A DNA stretch of 63,828 nucleotides, the filler included, from Trichomonas gallinae (Eukaryota): the NCBI GenBank assembly GCA_008369845.1. It is 8 parts of 8 records of this genome, joined end to end, with 100 filler letters (N's around TTAATTAATTAA, not from the genome) between each part and the next. Parts side by side here need not be neighbours in the genome. Positions count along the whole stretch, not along the records: positions 33,935 to 37,787 come from MRSU01001174.1; positions 37,888 to 58,856 come from MRSU01001178.1; 6 more parts are not named here. One strand, written 5' to 3'. The first letter of the stretch is position 1. Each line of letters opens with the position of its first letter. Below the pieces are notes generated by a model. The model had not been told where the DNA came from. It searched no databases and saw nothing but the letters and a program-made list of their open reading frames with translations. Both the position numbers and the translations under genes were made by a program. Shown here in pieces: positions 33,935 through 46,800 of the stretch.

Positions 33935-36240
33935 ATTCTTGTTGGTGTCTTGACGTTGTCAGCTGGTGCAAGTGTGACACCAAATGTGACGGTCTCACCA
34001 CCTCCAATCTTGTAATCTTGCCATGAGAACGCAATCATGGCATTGCCAGCTGGGAATTTGCTAGATTTCTTAAAGAATGTCATATCTTTGACATCGACAT
34101 AGTGACCATCTCTATGGGCAGGGAAGAAGTATGTAAAGTTCACGTCTGGAAGTGAGCCATAATCCTTATAGAAGATGGTGTAAGCTCTATCGCCGTTTTT
34201 AGTATCAAAGTCATAAACAGTAGCACCACGTCCGTCGTCACGTGGAACAATTGTATTGTTGTCGTTTTCTGAGAAATCTGAGTCGTAGAAGGCACCTAAG
34301 TCAATAGTTTGTGGAAGGTACCCATCATTTGTTACATCCCAAAGAAGCTGCATGTAGCCGGTGATTTCTTCATACTTTGTGTAAGCTTTAACTGTGATCT
34401 TTCCAATTGAACTTGTCTGTTTGTCCTTATATGTGATAAGCTTCATTTCGCCTGGCTTGTTTGTCTGGAGGTCGCGGATTCTAAAGGCGGCATATATGCC
34501 GGTCTCCTCATGTGTGATACCATGTTCACTTGTGAGGCCAGGCTCAATATATGCAATATTGAAGCAATATGAACCTTCTTCATTATCATCAGAAGTTTCG
34601 GTAAAGTTACCCATTTGTGGTGGTTTCTGTGGTACATTAGGATCATAGACATCAAAGTAAATTCTTGTCTGACTGGATTTTAATTTTGTATCGTCTTCTG
34701 CATAAATGTCAACATAATAATCTATCTTCTTCGAAAGATTAAGGTCATTTGGAATAGTGAAGAAGAAAGCGAATGGTAGAAGAGGGTCGGTAATTGTCAT
34801 GTCACCAAGCTTCTCAATGTTATGGTCTTTGAATCGTGCATAAGTAGAAACAGTCTGTCCGGTTTGTGGATCTGTAGTGACACCATAGATGACAATTTGC
34901 TCATTTGGTGTAACTCTGCGCTCGGATGGATATGCAGAATAGATGACTGGGTTTGGTTCTGGATTGACCTTTACTGTGATAGTTGGCTGGTTCTGTGTCT
35001 TGATGCCAACATGATCTTCGCCCCAGATCTTGATTATGTGGTCCGTTGGTTTTAGTCTAGCTGTTTCAATTTGGATTTCGAAATGTTTGGACTCGCCATT
35101 GAGATCATTAATTCGCATAGATTGTAGATTCAAATCATCAACTGTGTAATAAACTGTGACTAAAACTTCATCCTTGACTGTGCCTTTGATGATAATTTTT
35201 CCAGGACGGGTGACCTCTGTTGGTTTTTCAGTTATAGTCAATTCTGGTGAACGTGATTTATGCAATCGTCCAAAGACGGTGACTGATCGACTGCCCTGTG
35301 AGTCTTGTGCATAAACTTGATATTTAATAGATTCTTTGCCATCCAATTTAACTGTCTTTGTGAAGGTATGTGAGAATTGGTTCTCCTCGCTAGAAACGAA
35401 GCTATCAGTTGAATCTTGGCCATCAATTTTGTAATGTATTGTAATTGTTTGGTTAGCTTCGTAGTTATGAACTAAGAATTTGAGCTCAATCTCACTGTCT
35501 GGGTTGTAGCCGAATGCTGACTTTTCAGTCAGTTCTTTGATAGATGGAGGTAAATCAACTTTGTCTCCTGGAACAATAAGGAAAAGCAATTCAACTTGTT
35601 CTTCTGGCTTGACAGTAACATTTAACCATGAAAAGCCGAAGACAGAATCGCCATTGGTTTTAATTATATTCGAATTATTAAAGAAGGGATAATGTGTTGG
35701 GTCCGTGTTGGAAGCAGCGCTATCGGTGCCAATATATATCGTATCAACGCTTGGATAAGCTGGGATGCCTTTGAGAACGAATGTTGCCTTCATTGTCTCA
35801 TCATCTTTGTTTTCGATGTAGAAGCCTCTCTTGTCGCTTCTCATTGTAACAGTAGCATCATCATCGGGGCCAAAGCTAGCGTCTGCAAAAACGCCAGCAT
35901 CGAATGTTAAAGTTTCCGTTCCTTCATTCTTTATTGGAAGGATAATAGATGTGTATCTGGAACCACCCACTTCGTAGTCGCCAAATTCAATACCACTGAA
36001 AGATATCTTTTCATTAAAAAAGATTTCGTCTTTTTCATTAAGCAATTCGATTTTATTGTCCATACGAAGACCAAGGTAGAAACCTGTATTTTGATGTGAC
36101 ATTGAATACTCGCTATCTTTGTGCCAGAAAATAAGATTAAATGCTGCTTTTGAGCCTTCTTTAAGATCTCCTAAGAGCACTTCATCAATAAGCTCATCTC
36201 TTTCATCTGCCAAAGCAAGGTAACTTAATAAAGCAAGCAT
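33935..36240 (-). CDS. Large secreted/surface protein with duplicated beta-rich domain and Ig-like repeats (3' truncated by gap)
   Basis: Signal-like MLALLSYLALA at 36240. Two copies of FN..-TG.Y...R-D.G.F.D..F...D...-D.RG-F.FSW, separated by Ig-like modules (V.A.D..G..S). Confidence 0.75.
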
Positions 36241-37688
36241 ATGATTTGTTTTAAAAAAATTGTAAGATATTTCAATATTTCTATATGCTTTCAATTCACC
36301 ATCATGATTAAACGCATGCAGCATATGAAGATCTGATTGATTTTCATAAGAACTTCAAAATCGATTTTAATGATAATATAATAAACAATGCTTATTAAAT
36401 ATATATAATTTAATAGTCAAAATTCTTTTGATTGCACAACGATTTCTAAATAAAAATGTAAAACTTTGTGTTTTAATTGATCACTAAGACAGCAATAAAA
36501 TAGTGCGACAAAGCAGATCAATTCGATGGTCAGAAACATTTTATTTGATTGAGTTTGTTGTTTTATGTCAAAAAACTTTTCATCTAGCTGTTCTCGTTGA
36601 GCATAATAAAATGTAACGCTTTTTAAAAAGTCTCGTTTGATATGTTTACGCACGATCGAGTTGGTTAAAATTTGAAAACAATTATAGTTCTGAGGAGGAA
36701 TAACACCATTATTGAAGATTTCTTTTTAATCCGTAAAATTGAGCATAAATATTTTATATCAAACTTGTCAACGGGACAAATTTTGTTTATCGCTATTATT
36801 TATTTATTTTTTTCCAACAGGAACTCGTTTATTTGAATTTGACACTATGTCAACTCAAGATAAAACCGATGAAATAAGATGTATCTTTATTAACACCATA
36901 TCATTTAAAGGGAATTATGGATTTATCGACTAAAATCGTTAATAAAATTTGCATTTGAAACGACTCTGTCATTAAATCAAAATTCTTCTTCCATTGTTCT
37001 ATAATTATTGCACCACTTCCAAATTTCTCATTTCATTTAAAATTATATCTGGCGAAAAAGTAATTAGTCCCTTTTCGGTTATGACATAATTAAAACATGC
37101 ACTAATAAACTCAACTTTTCTTTTACATCTTTATGCATCTACCTAACAAGCTTAATACTAAATTGCGATCTCAGCCATTATTATTTTTTATCATGCATTG
37201 CCAATATAGAATTAGTAGGTTATTCATCCAAATTACTTGTAAGTTGATGCAACATAAGATAAATAATGGCAGAGATGCATGTCAAGAAACAATTTTTTCT
37301 GAGATTTCAATAACCATGTTATAATGCTGTGATGTATATAAATGTTGATTGTTTCTCATAAAAGTTTTATGATAAAACATAATTACGCAGTCTGTTTTGT
37401 CAATTCTGAGTTTCAAATGTTAATTATAATTTCAAAATATCTATTGGTTGAGAGATCCATTCATATAGTCCTTCATATTTAATAATAATGAACTCCAAAT
37501 TATATTAAAACTGAGAATGAAAACTAATTCCAAAAATAAACTTTCTTTGACTTTTATTCTGGCATTGACTGATGATATAAAGGATATTGTAATTGCATGA
37601 ATAGTAAGCAATTGTTTAAAAAGAGTAATGAACATCTTTTTCTATTACCATTTTTTGAAAAAATATAGATTGAAAACCGAATAGTTGT

Positions 37689-37787
37689 TTAATAAACTTC
37701 ACTCGATATTTCAAGTGTGCGAGTGATTGTGTTAGAGGATGGAAGGCCATCTTCATCAATAGCACGGAATGTGACTGTGTGCTTGCC
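37689..37787 (-). CDS. C-terminal fragment of an Ig-like repeat surface protein
   Basis: GKHTVTFRAIDEDGLPSSNTITRTLEISSEVY*, open from the gap edge; same module type as 33935-36240. Confidence 0.6.
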   Translation of the reverse strand, partial: GKHTVTFRAIDEDGLPSSNTITRTLEISSEVY

Positions 37788-38227
37788 NNNNNNNNNNNNN
37801 NNNNNNNNNNNNNNNNNNNNNNNNNNNNNNNTTAATTAATTAANNNNNNNNNNNNNNNNNNNNNNNNNNNNNNNNNNNNNNNNNNNNGATGCTAAGTTGT
37901 ATGCACAAATATACGAAATATCTAAAATTCGTCGAAATGTTATGATATGAAAAATCAAAAAACGAAGCAAATCAAGAAAAAATAGAATAGTTAGATAGAG
38001 AACGAAAATATAGGCTTATGTCACGTTTCAATGAAGTAGCAAAAGTCATTACATAGCGAGATAAAGTCGATTTAAAGTCCAAAATGAAAAATCACTTTTT
38101 CTCGAAAACTCCTTGATTAATGTATATTAATTCTAGAGGTGTACCAATGACGATAGAAATGACGTTAAAATTATAACGGTCCTGGCAAAGTTTGGAGCAA
38201 AAATATATTTATAATTAAACAAACAAG

Positions 38228-39115
38228 TTAATAGATGTCCGATCTGTATTCATGCGATAAATCAATGACTTTTTGTCCCACTTGGCAAATGAGTTTTGCA
38301 ACATCTTTAGATAATGGTGGCCGCCGAGATTCAGACATTGTTTGAGCAGCAGATCTGTTGTTTGATGAGAGCTTCTTATCACGTTCGTTTGAAAGCATCC
38401 TAACTGCGTGCTCTACGCTATCAACAAATTTGATTAACATATCTGGTGAATCAATTAAGTCTATTGGATCTGGTGCTGTAAACTCTGGTAAGTTACCAAT
38501 ATCAAGAAGAGACTTTTCAAGTTTTAGAATTATCTCTTGCGCTTGATTAATTTTCTTCTGATTTTCGAATGCTGATTGTGTAAGATGCTTTACTGAGTCG
38601 GATTTTTGTTTTATTTTTTCATCAATCGATTTTAACGAATTATTGATTTTATCGATTCCTTTTATAATTGATGTATGCGATTGTATTTTTGCTTGAATAA
38701 CCTTAGATAGTAGTTTTTCAAACTTAGGACGTATAGGAATATAATATTTACGCAGAGTTTCATATACACCTTTCAGTTGATTAATGTGTGTGTCAAGATC
38801 AATGTTTTCCGTAACTATTTTAGCATTTTTAGCTTCCTCGTTTGAGATATCTTTCTTCAATTCGTCGATGTGATAATTGTAATTCGAAATTTCCTTGTTA
38901 TTGTCTAGTTCAATATTAGAGAGATAGCGTGCATATGATGACTCTAATTGCTTGAATTGTGCTATTACCTCATCATCAGTTGAATTTGATTTGATATTTT
39001 CCCAAAACTGTTTTTCTTCACGCAAAAAATCAAGCCTATCTTCTGATCTTCGCTGAAATTCATCAATTTTGCGCTTCAACTGATCAATCTGGAACTTAAG
39101 CTCATGGGTAAGCAT
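38228..39115 (-). CDS. Hypothetical coiled-coil protein
   Basis: 295-aa ORF rich in K/E/Q heptads. Confidence 0.75.
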   Translation of the reverse strand: MLTHELKFQIDQLKRKIDEFQRRSEDRLDFLREEKQFWENIKSNSTDDEVIAQFKQLESSYARYLSNIELDNNKEISNYNYHIDELKKDISNEEAKNAKIVTENIDLDTHINQLKGVYETLRKYYIPIRPKFEKLLSKVIQAKIQSHTSIIKGIDKINNSLKSIDEKIKQKSDSVKHLTQSAFENQKKINQAQEIILKLEKSLLDIGNLPEFTAPDPIDLIDSPDMLIKFVDSVEHAVRMLSNERDKKLSSNNRSAAQTMSESRRPPLSKDVAKLICQVGQKVIDLSHEYRSDIY

Positions 39116-39545
39116 GCAAAATAGAAATTACAATGAAGGGGGAACTTTAAAATAGGGGGCTTCAAAGAAAATATAGAATGAATGTCTTGGCATTGATGGG
39201 AATAGAACAGTGATACCATGGAATATTTAGCATGTTGACTCAGAGTGCTCTTACAATGATGTTATCAATAGGAATATCATGTAATGGAGAATAAGTTAAT
39301 TATCACAAGCAATTCACTCAATTCATGTGGATGAATTACATTTTTAACGGAAATAAGTACGGACATAATGAAAGAAATGTCGAGATCGCTGCTGACTAAC
39401 TTTCAAAGAAAGTCACTTGCACTTCAAAAGCTTTAAATACAAGAAGCAAAAGAATGTTTATTAAATACTAAAATCGTGAATAATAGATTGAATTTTGAAC
39501 TGATTTGCTAAAAAACAAATAGCTACATTAAAAAAAACTTTTATT

Positions 39546-40421
39546 TCACATCAATTTGTTGATAAACCTTTCATAAGGCTTAATGAAATGGTAAAATGAA
39601 TTTGCAATCAATACAAGCATGAGACAGAAAATAAGCATAATTGGAATATCAATGGTTGGATAAAATGCTCCCTTCTTGTTGAATGATGCTGATCTAAGAG
39701 ACTCAAAGTCAACACCATTTTTCGGAGGCAAATCCTCTTCAGCTGGCTGATCATTTATTGGTATTACTTCAACATTGTTATCTGCAGCAGGAGTATTATC
39801 GGGATTATCGAGGAAATCGTTCATATCAAATTGTATTTTCCCTTCATCTGCATTTTCTACTTGTATATCTGGCTTGATATCTTCTGCATGTTCTATTTCA
39901 TTTTTTTCTTCAGAATGTTCTTCTTTTTTTTCCTCTGGAAAATTATCGGGTTCTAAATGCAAGTCACACTGACTGCATTTCCAATTACGACTTTCTATAG
40001 CATATTTTCGTCTTTCTGAGTCTGAAGTATCAATTCCTCCAATAGCTCCTTCAGCTTTTGTCGGCATGAAAGCAATTACAGAAGTAAGAACAGTGCGAAC
40101 ATCCCAGCCAGGGTTCCAAGTCTCAGGGTGATAAGATGTAAATGAAAGACAGAGTGCTTTGTTAATTTCGAATCTACCATTTGGTGTAAGGAAGTAAATA
40201 TCAGGCGGAGTGAGAGGATAGTTGTGTGGGAATACAATTTTTCCGTGATATATGCCACCTTGGAAAGCTGAATCTTGTGTTCCTTTGATGGTGAAATGCC
40301 ATACAAACAAGTCATCATCAGTAACAGGACCCGCAACAAAGTTAGGATCAGGATCAGACCGAAGCTTCCTCATCTCGGATAAGAGTCTCTTAATTGTAGT
40401 GTTGTTAGTGTTGTAGGACAT
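39546..40421 (-). CDS. UBC6: ER-anchored ubiquitin-conjugating enzyme (Ubc6/UBE2J-like)
   Basis: WHFTIKG, GGIYHGKI.FP..YP..PP, TPNGRF, LCLSFTSYHPETWNPGW with the catalytic Cys; C-terminal TM. Confidence 0.92.
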   Translation of the reverse strand: MSYNTNNTTIKRLLSEMRKLRSDPDPNFVAGPVTDDDLFVWHFTIKGTQDSAFQGGIYHGKIVFPHNYPLTPPDIYFLTPNGRFEINKALCLSFTSYHPETWNPGWDVRTVLTSVIAFMPTKAEGAIGGIDTSDSERRKYAIESRNWKCSQCDLHLEPDNFPEEKKEEHSEEKNEIEHAEDIKPDIQVENADEGKIQFDMNDFLDNPDNTPAADNNVEVIPINDQPAEEDLPPKNGVDFESLRSASFNKKGAFYPTIDIPIMLIFCLMLVLIANSFYHFIKPYERFINKLM

Positions 40422-40774
40422 GGAAAAATTTGGTTATTTGTTTGATTGATCGAGCAAATATTTTTATTTTTGTTTTGCGATTTTTGGAATTTTGTTATCA
40501 TATTTATCACGGTGTTATAATTTTATTTTCGAAAAATGATTATAAATCTCAGATCTCAAAATTTTGACTTTGTTCATTGAATTCTCCATTTTACAAATGT
40601 CAATTTTACAAAAATAAGAACATTAGAAAATTATTATTAGTCGTTTGATATAAATGCTTTCACCACTTAATTCTTTAGGATATCAATTAATGATTTATAC
40701 ATAAAATATGGTGAAAATAGTAAATTAGGTTGAAAAAATAATATTTATTATTCAAACAAACAAAAACAATGATC

Positions 40775-41236
40775 CTATATTGTAGAAGAGATGTCTAGCT
40801 GTGCTATATTTGATTTTGTATGGAGAGATGAAGTTGTTAAATTGCTTGTCGAACTAATATAACTCTTCGCGCTTGGTGATGAACTATAACTAGTAGAAGA
40901 ACGACGCAGATCTTTCATTGGAACAGCAAATGGAGGATCTTTTAGATAATTTTCTTCATTGCAAGGTTTAGCACGCGTTTCATAATCAGCTAGGCGATTT
41001 TCTATGTGGCTAACACGTAAAGTAAGTAAAGTTATCTTTCTTGATATCGAATTAAAAAATAAATCTTTTTCTTCTGGAGTCGGTGGAGAAAACAAGCTAA
41101 ATCTATTGAATCCGTATTTTTCGGATTTCTTCTTTTTAGTTGGGGTGCTAGCCTGTGACAATTTTTGTGGAGAATTCCTTTTTTTGGATGAATTCATATG
41201 ATTTTTAACGTACAGAATTATTTTTGACTTTTTCAT
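40775..41236 (-). CDS. Hypothetical small basic/Ser-rich protein
   Basis: ATG at 41236 or 41197; short coiled-coil segment. Confidence 0.55.
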   Translation of the reverse strand: MKKSKIILYVKNHMNSSKKRNSPQKLSQASTPTKKKKSEKYGFNRFSLFSPPTPEEKDLFFNSISRKITLLTLRVSHIENRLADYETRAKPCNEENYLKDPPFAVPMKDLRRSSTSYSSSPSAKSYISSTSNLTTSSLHTKSNIAQLDISSTI

Positions 41237-41402
41237 TTTACACGTCAAAAATTTCCAAAAAAAAGGATTTTAAAATCTTTGACACAATAAATCGTGGATG
41301 TGCTTCTTACAATGGGAGTGGTTTCTATTTTTCTTGTTAGAACCAATTTTCATCAAATAATCAATCGACACTTTTTCAAATCACTCTTAAATAGAATTTG
41401 TT

Positions 41403-43739
41403 ATGGAGGGAAATCAATCATCTGATGTGGAATTGCCAAAAATTCCACACCCAGGTGATTATCCCTCCGAAACAGCTTATTTTGATGCAATTAAAAAGTG
41501 GTATTCTGACATTCGACAACAATTTCGAACTGATACCCGGCAAATATTTCAATCTGCATTCTTTCAGAGGCCAATTCCAAAATACAAGTATAAAATACCG
41601 CAGAAAAGAGGAATTGAAGCAAAACAAGTTTTGCAATTGTTTTCGATTTTTATAAATGATACAAAAATCGCGCCAGATGAGAAATTTGTTGGTCGAGATA
41701 TAATAAGAGATCCGTTTATATCAGATTTTTTTAAGAATGGAACTTGGAAATCAACTTTGATAAATTCGTTTCCGGATCCTAACTGCTTCATTTCATATGA
41801 AGTATTCTGCAATGCCGTCAAAGATTGGAAAGAAAGCGTTATGGCAAAAGTTATGCCTGATAACATTCCAGCAAGCATAAATTATTTCAAGGAAAAATTC
41901 GACTTTTCAGTTTACAAACCTCATTATCATAAATACATTATCACACCAACAGCAGAACCTTTAAAGCACGTTTATGATCGATATCCAAAAGATCCTGTTA
42001 AATTCAATAACACTAGCATTTTAAACAAAATGATTGAAAAATATCACACACCATACATGTCTATTACGATTCCCTATTCATCTACGTTTATTGCTGAAGC
42101 AGAAAACTTTGGCATCAATGAAACTAGTTGGTACTTTACGAGTCCACCAATTCCAAAGAATTTAAAGACACAAGTGCCAATAGATGAATTGAAAAAAGTA
42201 ATCAAACGGTATCCTTTCAATACAGAAAAAGATTATCACGATCTACTAGTTTACTACATACGATGTTATCTTACAGATAATTCCTCTGCCATGTCTATAA
42301 TATTCAACGTTCCATGGGGTATGTACTGTTTGATAAGAGCAGCAAATCTATTTTCATATAATATTCCTTTTGTTCATTTTTTCGAACCTGCTTCTACAGA
42401 TTCAGTATCAAAAAACATAGATCCAATTGTTTATCAGTATTTAAAATTGATTTACCATTTGCATTACACAATCTGCGTTCGCGACGTTATAATTCAAGCA
42501 AAACTTTCGCCGCAAGCGCATATTATACAAGATCCTTACCAGTTTTCATTGGATTGCATCAGTTTCTTTGAGAAAAATCACGCATCTTCATTAATTTCAT
42601 GGATTATGGATAATTTCGACAATAATAGTAATTCTATCACATCAGTTATCATCATATTACTTCACCATAGCAAATATTTCCCAGTTTTGTACCAGAAATT
42701 CTCGCAGACCTGTATCTATTTTCTCAACAAAGTCTTCAACAACACACATTCTGGTGCCAGGCTAATTTCTGCTATCATCAACTCCAACGATGTAAAGTCT
42801 TCGCTCATCCAAGCCCTGTTCATCAATGACATTCCATCAGGTCTGACTTACAACTACAACCCACGGGCGTTAGCGGCCATAGAAATTGCATTAAATGGGT
42901 GGAATGACTTAGAGCAGATCAAAAGTATGGACTGTAAGTGGATGACAAGCAGAATCATTCAGTGCGTCGTCAATGTTGAATCTGAGCACGGAATCCAATT
43001 CTCTTACATTACATTAGCGCTTTCTCGGCTTTTGAAGCGAGCACTCTTATTAAAAACGACAAAATCGCGCATTGTCATTATCAAAGATGTTATAGCATAC
43101 TTGGCAACTATGTGCGGCGAGCAGATGGGTTCGCCAGTTGTCCATAGCATTTTGCTTCAGAGCTTAGCAGAACTAGCCTCGTGCAAAGAGTTCCAAGAGT
43201 TTGTACTCCAAAACCCAGCTATGTTTGAGAGGATTGTCAGCAACGCTCTGTCGAAAAGTGATGTCGTCGCAAGTTATGCAGCTGACATTCTGTTCAACGG
43301 CATGGAAGGTCTGCTATCTGATGCTAGATTCTTCACAAAACTACGGTCGTTTTTGACTCCCTTCTCTTCTCTTTTACCGAATTCTGGCCCAGAGACATCA
43401 TCTGTTCTTCTCAGAGTCCTCGCATTAGTTATCAACGAGAGGAGCCCTAAAATCTCCAAAGAGCAGCGCCAGCAAGTCGATGTCTTCATGGTTCTTTCTA
43501 CTCTCCCTCCAGACCTTGCGCTACTTTTTCAGCTATTTGATGAAGGTGGATTCATTTCTCGGCGCGCCGTAGGAATTGTTACAAAAGGAACATGCTCCTC
43601 TCGTGCCCGCAAGAACCGCCATTATTTCGAGGAATCTCTGAAAGCCCATTCCGCGTGTCATCCACTCGTGGCAAAAATTGGGATGTCACCGGCCCAAATT
43701 CCGAAAAAGGTGGTTCCGTCACCAGCGAAGAAATACTAA
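41403..43739 (+). CDS. Hypothetical protein with N-terminal PxPxxY/F..A...W repeats and helical C-terminal region
   Basis: 778-aa ORF; TCACT initiator at 41381. Confidence 0.8.
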   Translation: MEGNQSSDVELPKIPHPGDYPSETAYFDAIKKWYSDIRQQFRTDTRQIFQSAFFQRPIPKYKYKIPQKRGIEAKQVLQLFSIFINDTKIAPDEKFVGRDIIRDPFISDFFKNGTWKSTLINSFPDPNCFISYEVFCNAVKDWKESVMAKVMPDNIPASINYFKEKFDFSVYKPHYHKYIITPTAEPLKHVYDRYPKDPVKFNNTSILNKMIEKYHTPYMSITIPYSSTFIAEAENFGINETSWYFTSPPIPKNLKTQVPIDELKKVIKRYPFNTEKDYHDLLVYYIRCYLTDNSSAMSIIFNVPWGMYCLIRAANLFSYNIPFVHFFEPASTDSVSKNIDPIVYQYLKLIYHLHYTICVRDVIIQAKLSPQAHIIQDPYQFSLDCISFFEKNHASSLISWIMDNFDNNSNSITSVIIILLHHSKYFPVLYQKFSQTCIYFLNKVFNNTHSGARLISAIINSNDVKSSLIQALFINDIPSGLTYNYNPRALAAIEIALNGWNDLEQIKSMDCKWMTSRIIQCVVNVESEHGIQFSYITLALSRLLKRALLLKTTKSRIVIIKDVIAYLATMCGEQMGSPVVHSILLQSLAELASCKEFQEFVLQNPAMFERIVSNALSKSDVVASYAADILFNGMEGLLSDARFFTKLRSFLTPFSSLLPNSGPETSSVLLRVLALVINERSPKISKEQRQQVDVFMVLSTLPPDLALLFQLFDEGGFISRRAVGIVTKGTCSSRARKNRHYFEESLKAHSACHPLVAKIGMSPAQIPKKVVPSPAKKY

Positions 43740-43844
43740 GCTTTTTTGTTTGTATATTTATAAAAATTTAATTTCACTATCAAACAGGAAAATTTTTGAT
43801 TGAAAATTTGATATATTTGATAGCAAAAGTGCCAACTTTCGGAG

Positions 43845-46800
43845 ATGACGAAGCAGCTCTTTCATATCCTGAAAGACGGCGCAATCTTCTGCTCACGCGA
43901 CTCGAGCAGCTACATTGACAAGACGGCAGAGGAAATCCTGGAAAACATAAAAATTGAAAATTCATGTTTGGCAATTAAAACAAACATTTCCATACAACCA
44001 ATCAACCCAAAAGACAAGCCTCTGAAGCTCTTCCCTTCAATCATAGGTCAGGGAGCTCTCGAAATCAACGAAGTCGAAAATGCTTTAGTTATTCAACCAC
44101 CTGATTTTCAAGATAAAATTGCATATTATTTTGAGTGTAAGACGCAGGAGAGTGAGCCAATCCCAAACTTTGCAGTTACATTTGCTCAGAATTCATTGAA
44201 TCAAATGTCTTATTCGCAATTTCTCGCAGCTGTTGCAGAACAATTCGACTTACCACATTCTGATGGGAAGCTTTATCGTGACGAGCAGCCGCTTTCGGAT
44301 TCAACTCCGATTTCGCAAATAATAGAATTTTGTAATGAAAAACTGCTCATTTACCAATGCAAACTCGAAGAAAAAGGATGTTATAAGCTTCGAATGAGAA
44401 GAAATTTGATTACAGAAGTGAAAACAACAGAAATCACATATATCAACGACTTAAACACGCTGATCAACTTCTTTAAACCACAGCTAGAGAAAACTAAGTA
44501 TCTTACGCAAGAGCAGCTAACATTAATCTTCAAGGATTTGCCGACAATCTTCTCATGTCACATCCATTTTCTTGCAAGCATCAAACAGAGAGGAAGTGGT
44601 TACGGTGCTATTATTTCGGACTGTCTCATAGAATTCTCAAGATTTTTCAAACTCTCTGCAAATTACGTAAGCAATTATCAGCAAGTAAGCAAAATTGCGA
44701 CATCACTTCCACAGTCTTTCATGGATGATCTAATCAAGCGCTGCCCGATGAATGAACTAGGCCGAGACTTCTCTTCATTTCTTATTACACCAATTCAGAG
44801 GTATCCGCGCTACATTCTTTTCATCCGTGAGCTTATTAAGTTTACACCAAAGTGCCACCCTGATTCAGCAGGTTTAGAAATCGCTCAGCAGAAAATCGAT
44901 TACGTCACCAAAGAATTAGAAGAGCAGAAGGATAAAAATGAGCATATTTACTCAATCGTTCAGCTCCAAAGCAAACTAGATCCTCCAACTACTCTTTTGG
45001 CTCCAGCACGCGATCTTTTGACGAAGTACAAGGTTACATTGCCAGAATATCCAAAAACAAAGGCTCGTTTGTATCACTTCACTGATATGGTTCTTGTTTG
45101 CCTCCGAGTAAAATCCAAAAACTACAACGTCGTTCTCAACGAATTAAATATCCGTGTTGCTTACGACCCTCACGTTTCTCCAGAGGGAATTATGTTCATC
45201 AAAGAGGGCAAACAAACGGTTCACGTCGTTTTTGCCAGCAAAGAAGAAAAACATGAATATCTTACGAAAATCCAGGCAGAGAGAGAAAGACTATTCTCCA
45301 ACTTACCAAACAAGACAAACTGTTTGCTATGGTCTGATATCTACATTCCGACGATTCCACCGCAGACATTATATATTAGCGGCGAAATCGTAAACGATGA
45401 CATCTACTTTACAGGTGGCCTTGCAATGAAGGACAAGGATCGTGTTAAAATGCCATTCATTGTATACAACATAGGAACGCACAACTTCAGCGCCTCTTCC
45501 TATTTGTCACTTCCAATTGTTGGATCTACTTTATCTGCACTATCAAATACAATTTACCAGTTCGGCGGCATCGAAAAAGAGTCGCAAAAGCCGAACAATA
45601 TCACATACATGATGGACAGCAGCAACATGCAGTGGAATAAACTTGAAGTTGGCGATGCCATCATTCCCCCACGCTCCTATCACACTGCCGTCATCCACGA
45701 CAAGAAGATGTTCATCTTCGGCGGCCTCAATGAGAAGCGAAACGAACTCGGCGACTGCTACTTCTTAGATTTGATCACAAAAAGATGGCATAAGGTAAAC
45801 TCCAAAGGTGAAGGACCGAAGCCAAGGTTCTCTCACTCTGCGAGTGTCGTAGGCAACTATATGGTCATCCACGGCGGTCGTGCTGGGAAGAAGAAGTTCT
45901 TTAACGACTTCTGGGTGCTCGACTTGAAAGCATTTTCATGGACACGCATCGGAGTTAAGAATGACTATATATTCCACAAGAGGTGCGGCCACAGGTCATT
46001 CGTTGCTGGCGCATTTTTATTCATCATCGGTGGCAGCAACAAGAACGACGTCGGCCAGTACATGGACACTGTCGCAATTGACATGTTGTCAGGCAATGCA
46101 GAAGTCTTAGAGAACTGCGGCAACTTCCCTCAGACTACGCAGTTCGGACTCGTGTATTCACGCGGCAATGCATATATCTACGGTGGCAAGGACCTTGCAT
46201 GCGATCGTGTTCGATCCTCAATGGCATTCGCAACATTGCCAGAACGCTTCACATCCACCTCAATTCCGCCAAACTTTTCAGTGAAGCACTTAGAGAAAAT
46301 TAATGAAGTCTCTAAAGATAAGAAAGATAGGAGGAAATCACAAGGAGCACCCCCAAGCAAAGCCAGGGATTTTTCACCGCAGCCAAGAGCGCACGAACCA
46401 TTGACCCAGCCGCCCAAACACAGGGAAAGCTTCGACCCAGGTGATATCGCATTACAACTACAGTCTATTCATCTGAAGCGCGTCAGCACATTGGAATCTA
46501 AGTCTAACTTATCCCCATTGAAATCGGATGAGTCGAAGAAGTCGACAACTTCGAGTAAATTCCAAGCTCCGAAATACGACGAGCCGAAGAAACCAGAGCA
46601 GAAGCTATCTGGTGGACAAAGACCAGAATTGAGGCCAATAGGAAAAGTAGATCTAAAATCTGTTCCGAAGGCAGAGTTGAAACCTGTCCCGAAGCAGGAA
46701 CCACAGATAAAGAAGTCCTCATCGAAGTCGGATTTTGGAGCAGATATCGACCAATTGTGTAATGAACTTAAGATCGATATCAGTGAGCTTCAACCTTTCA

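Noticed and set aside
37888..38120. Coding-like stretch after the gap
   Set aside because: Interrupted by stops and not assignable to any family.
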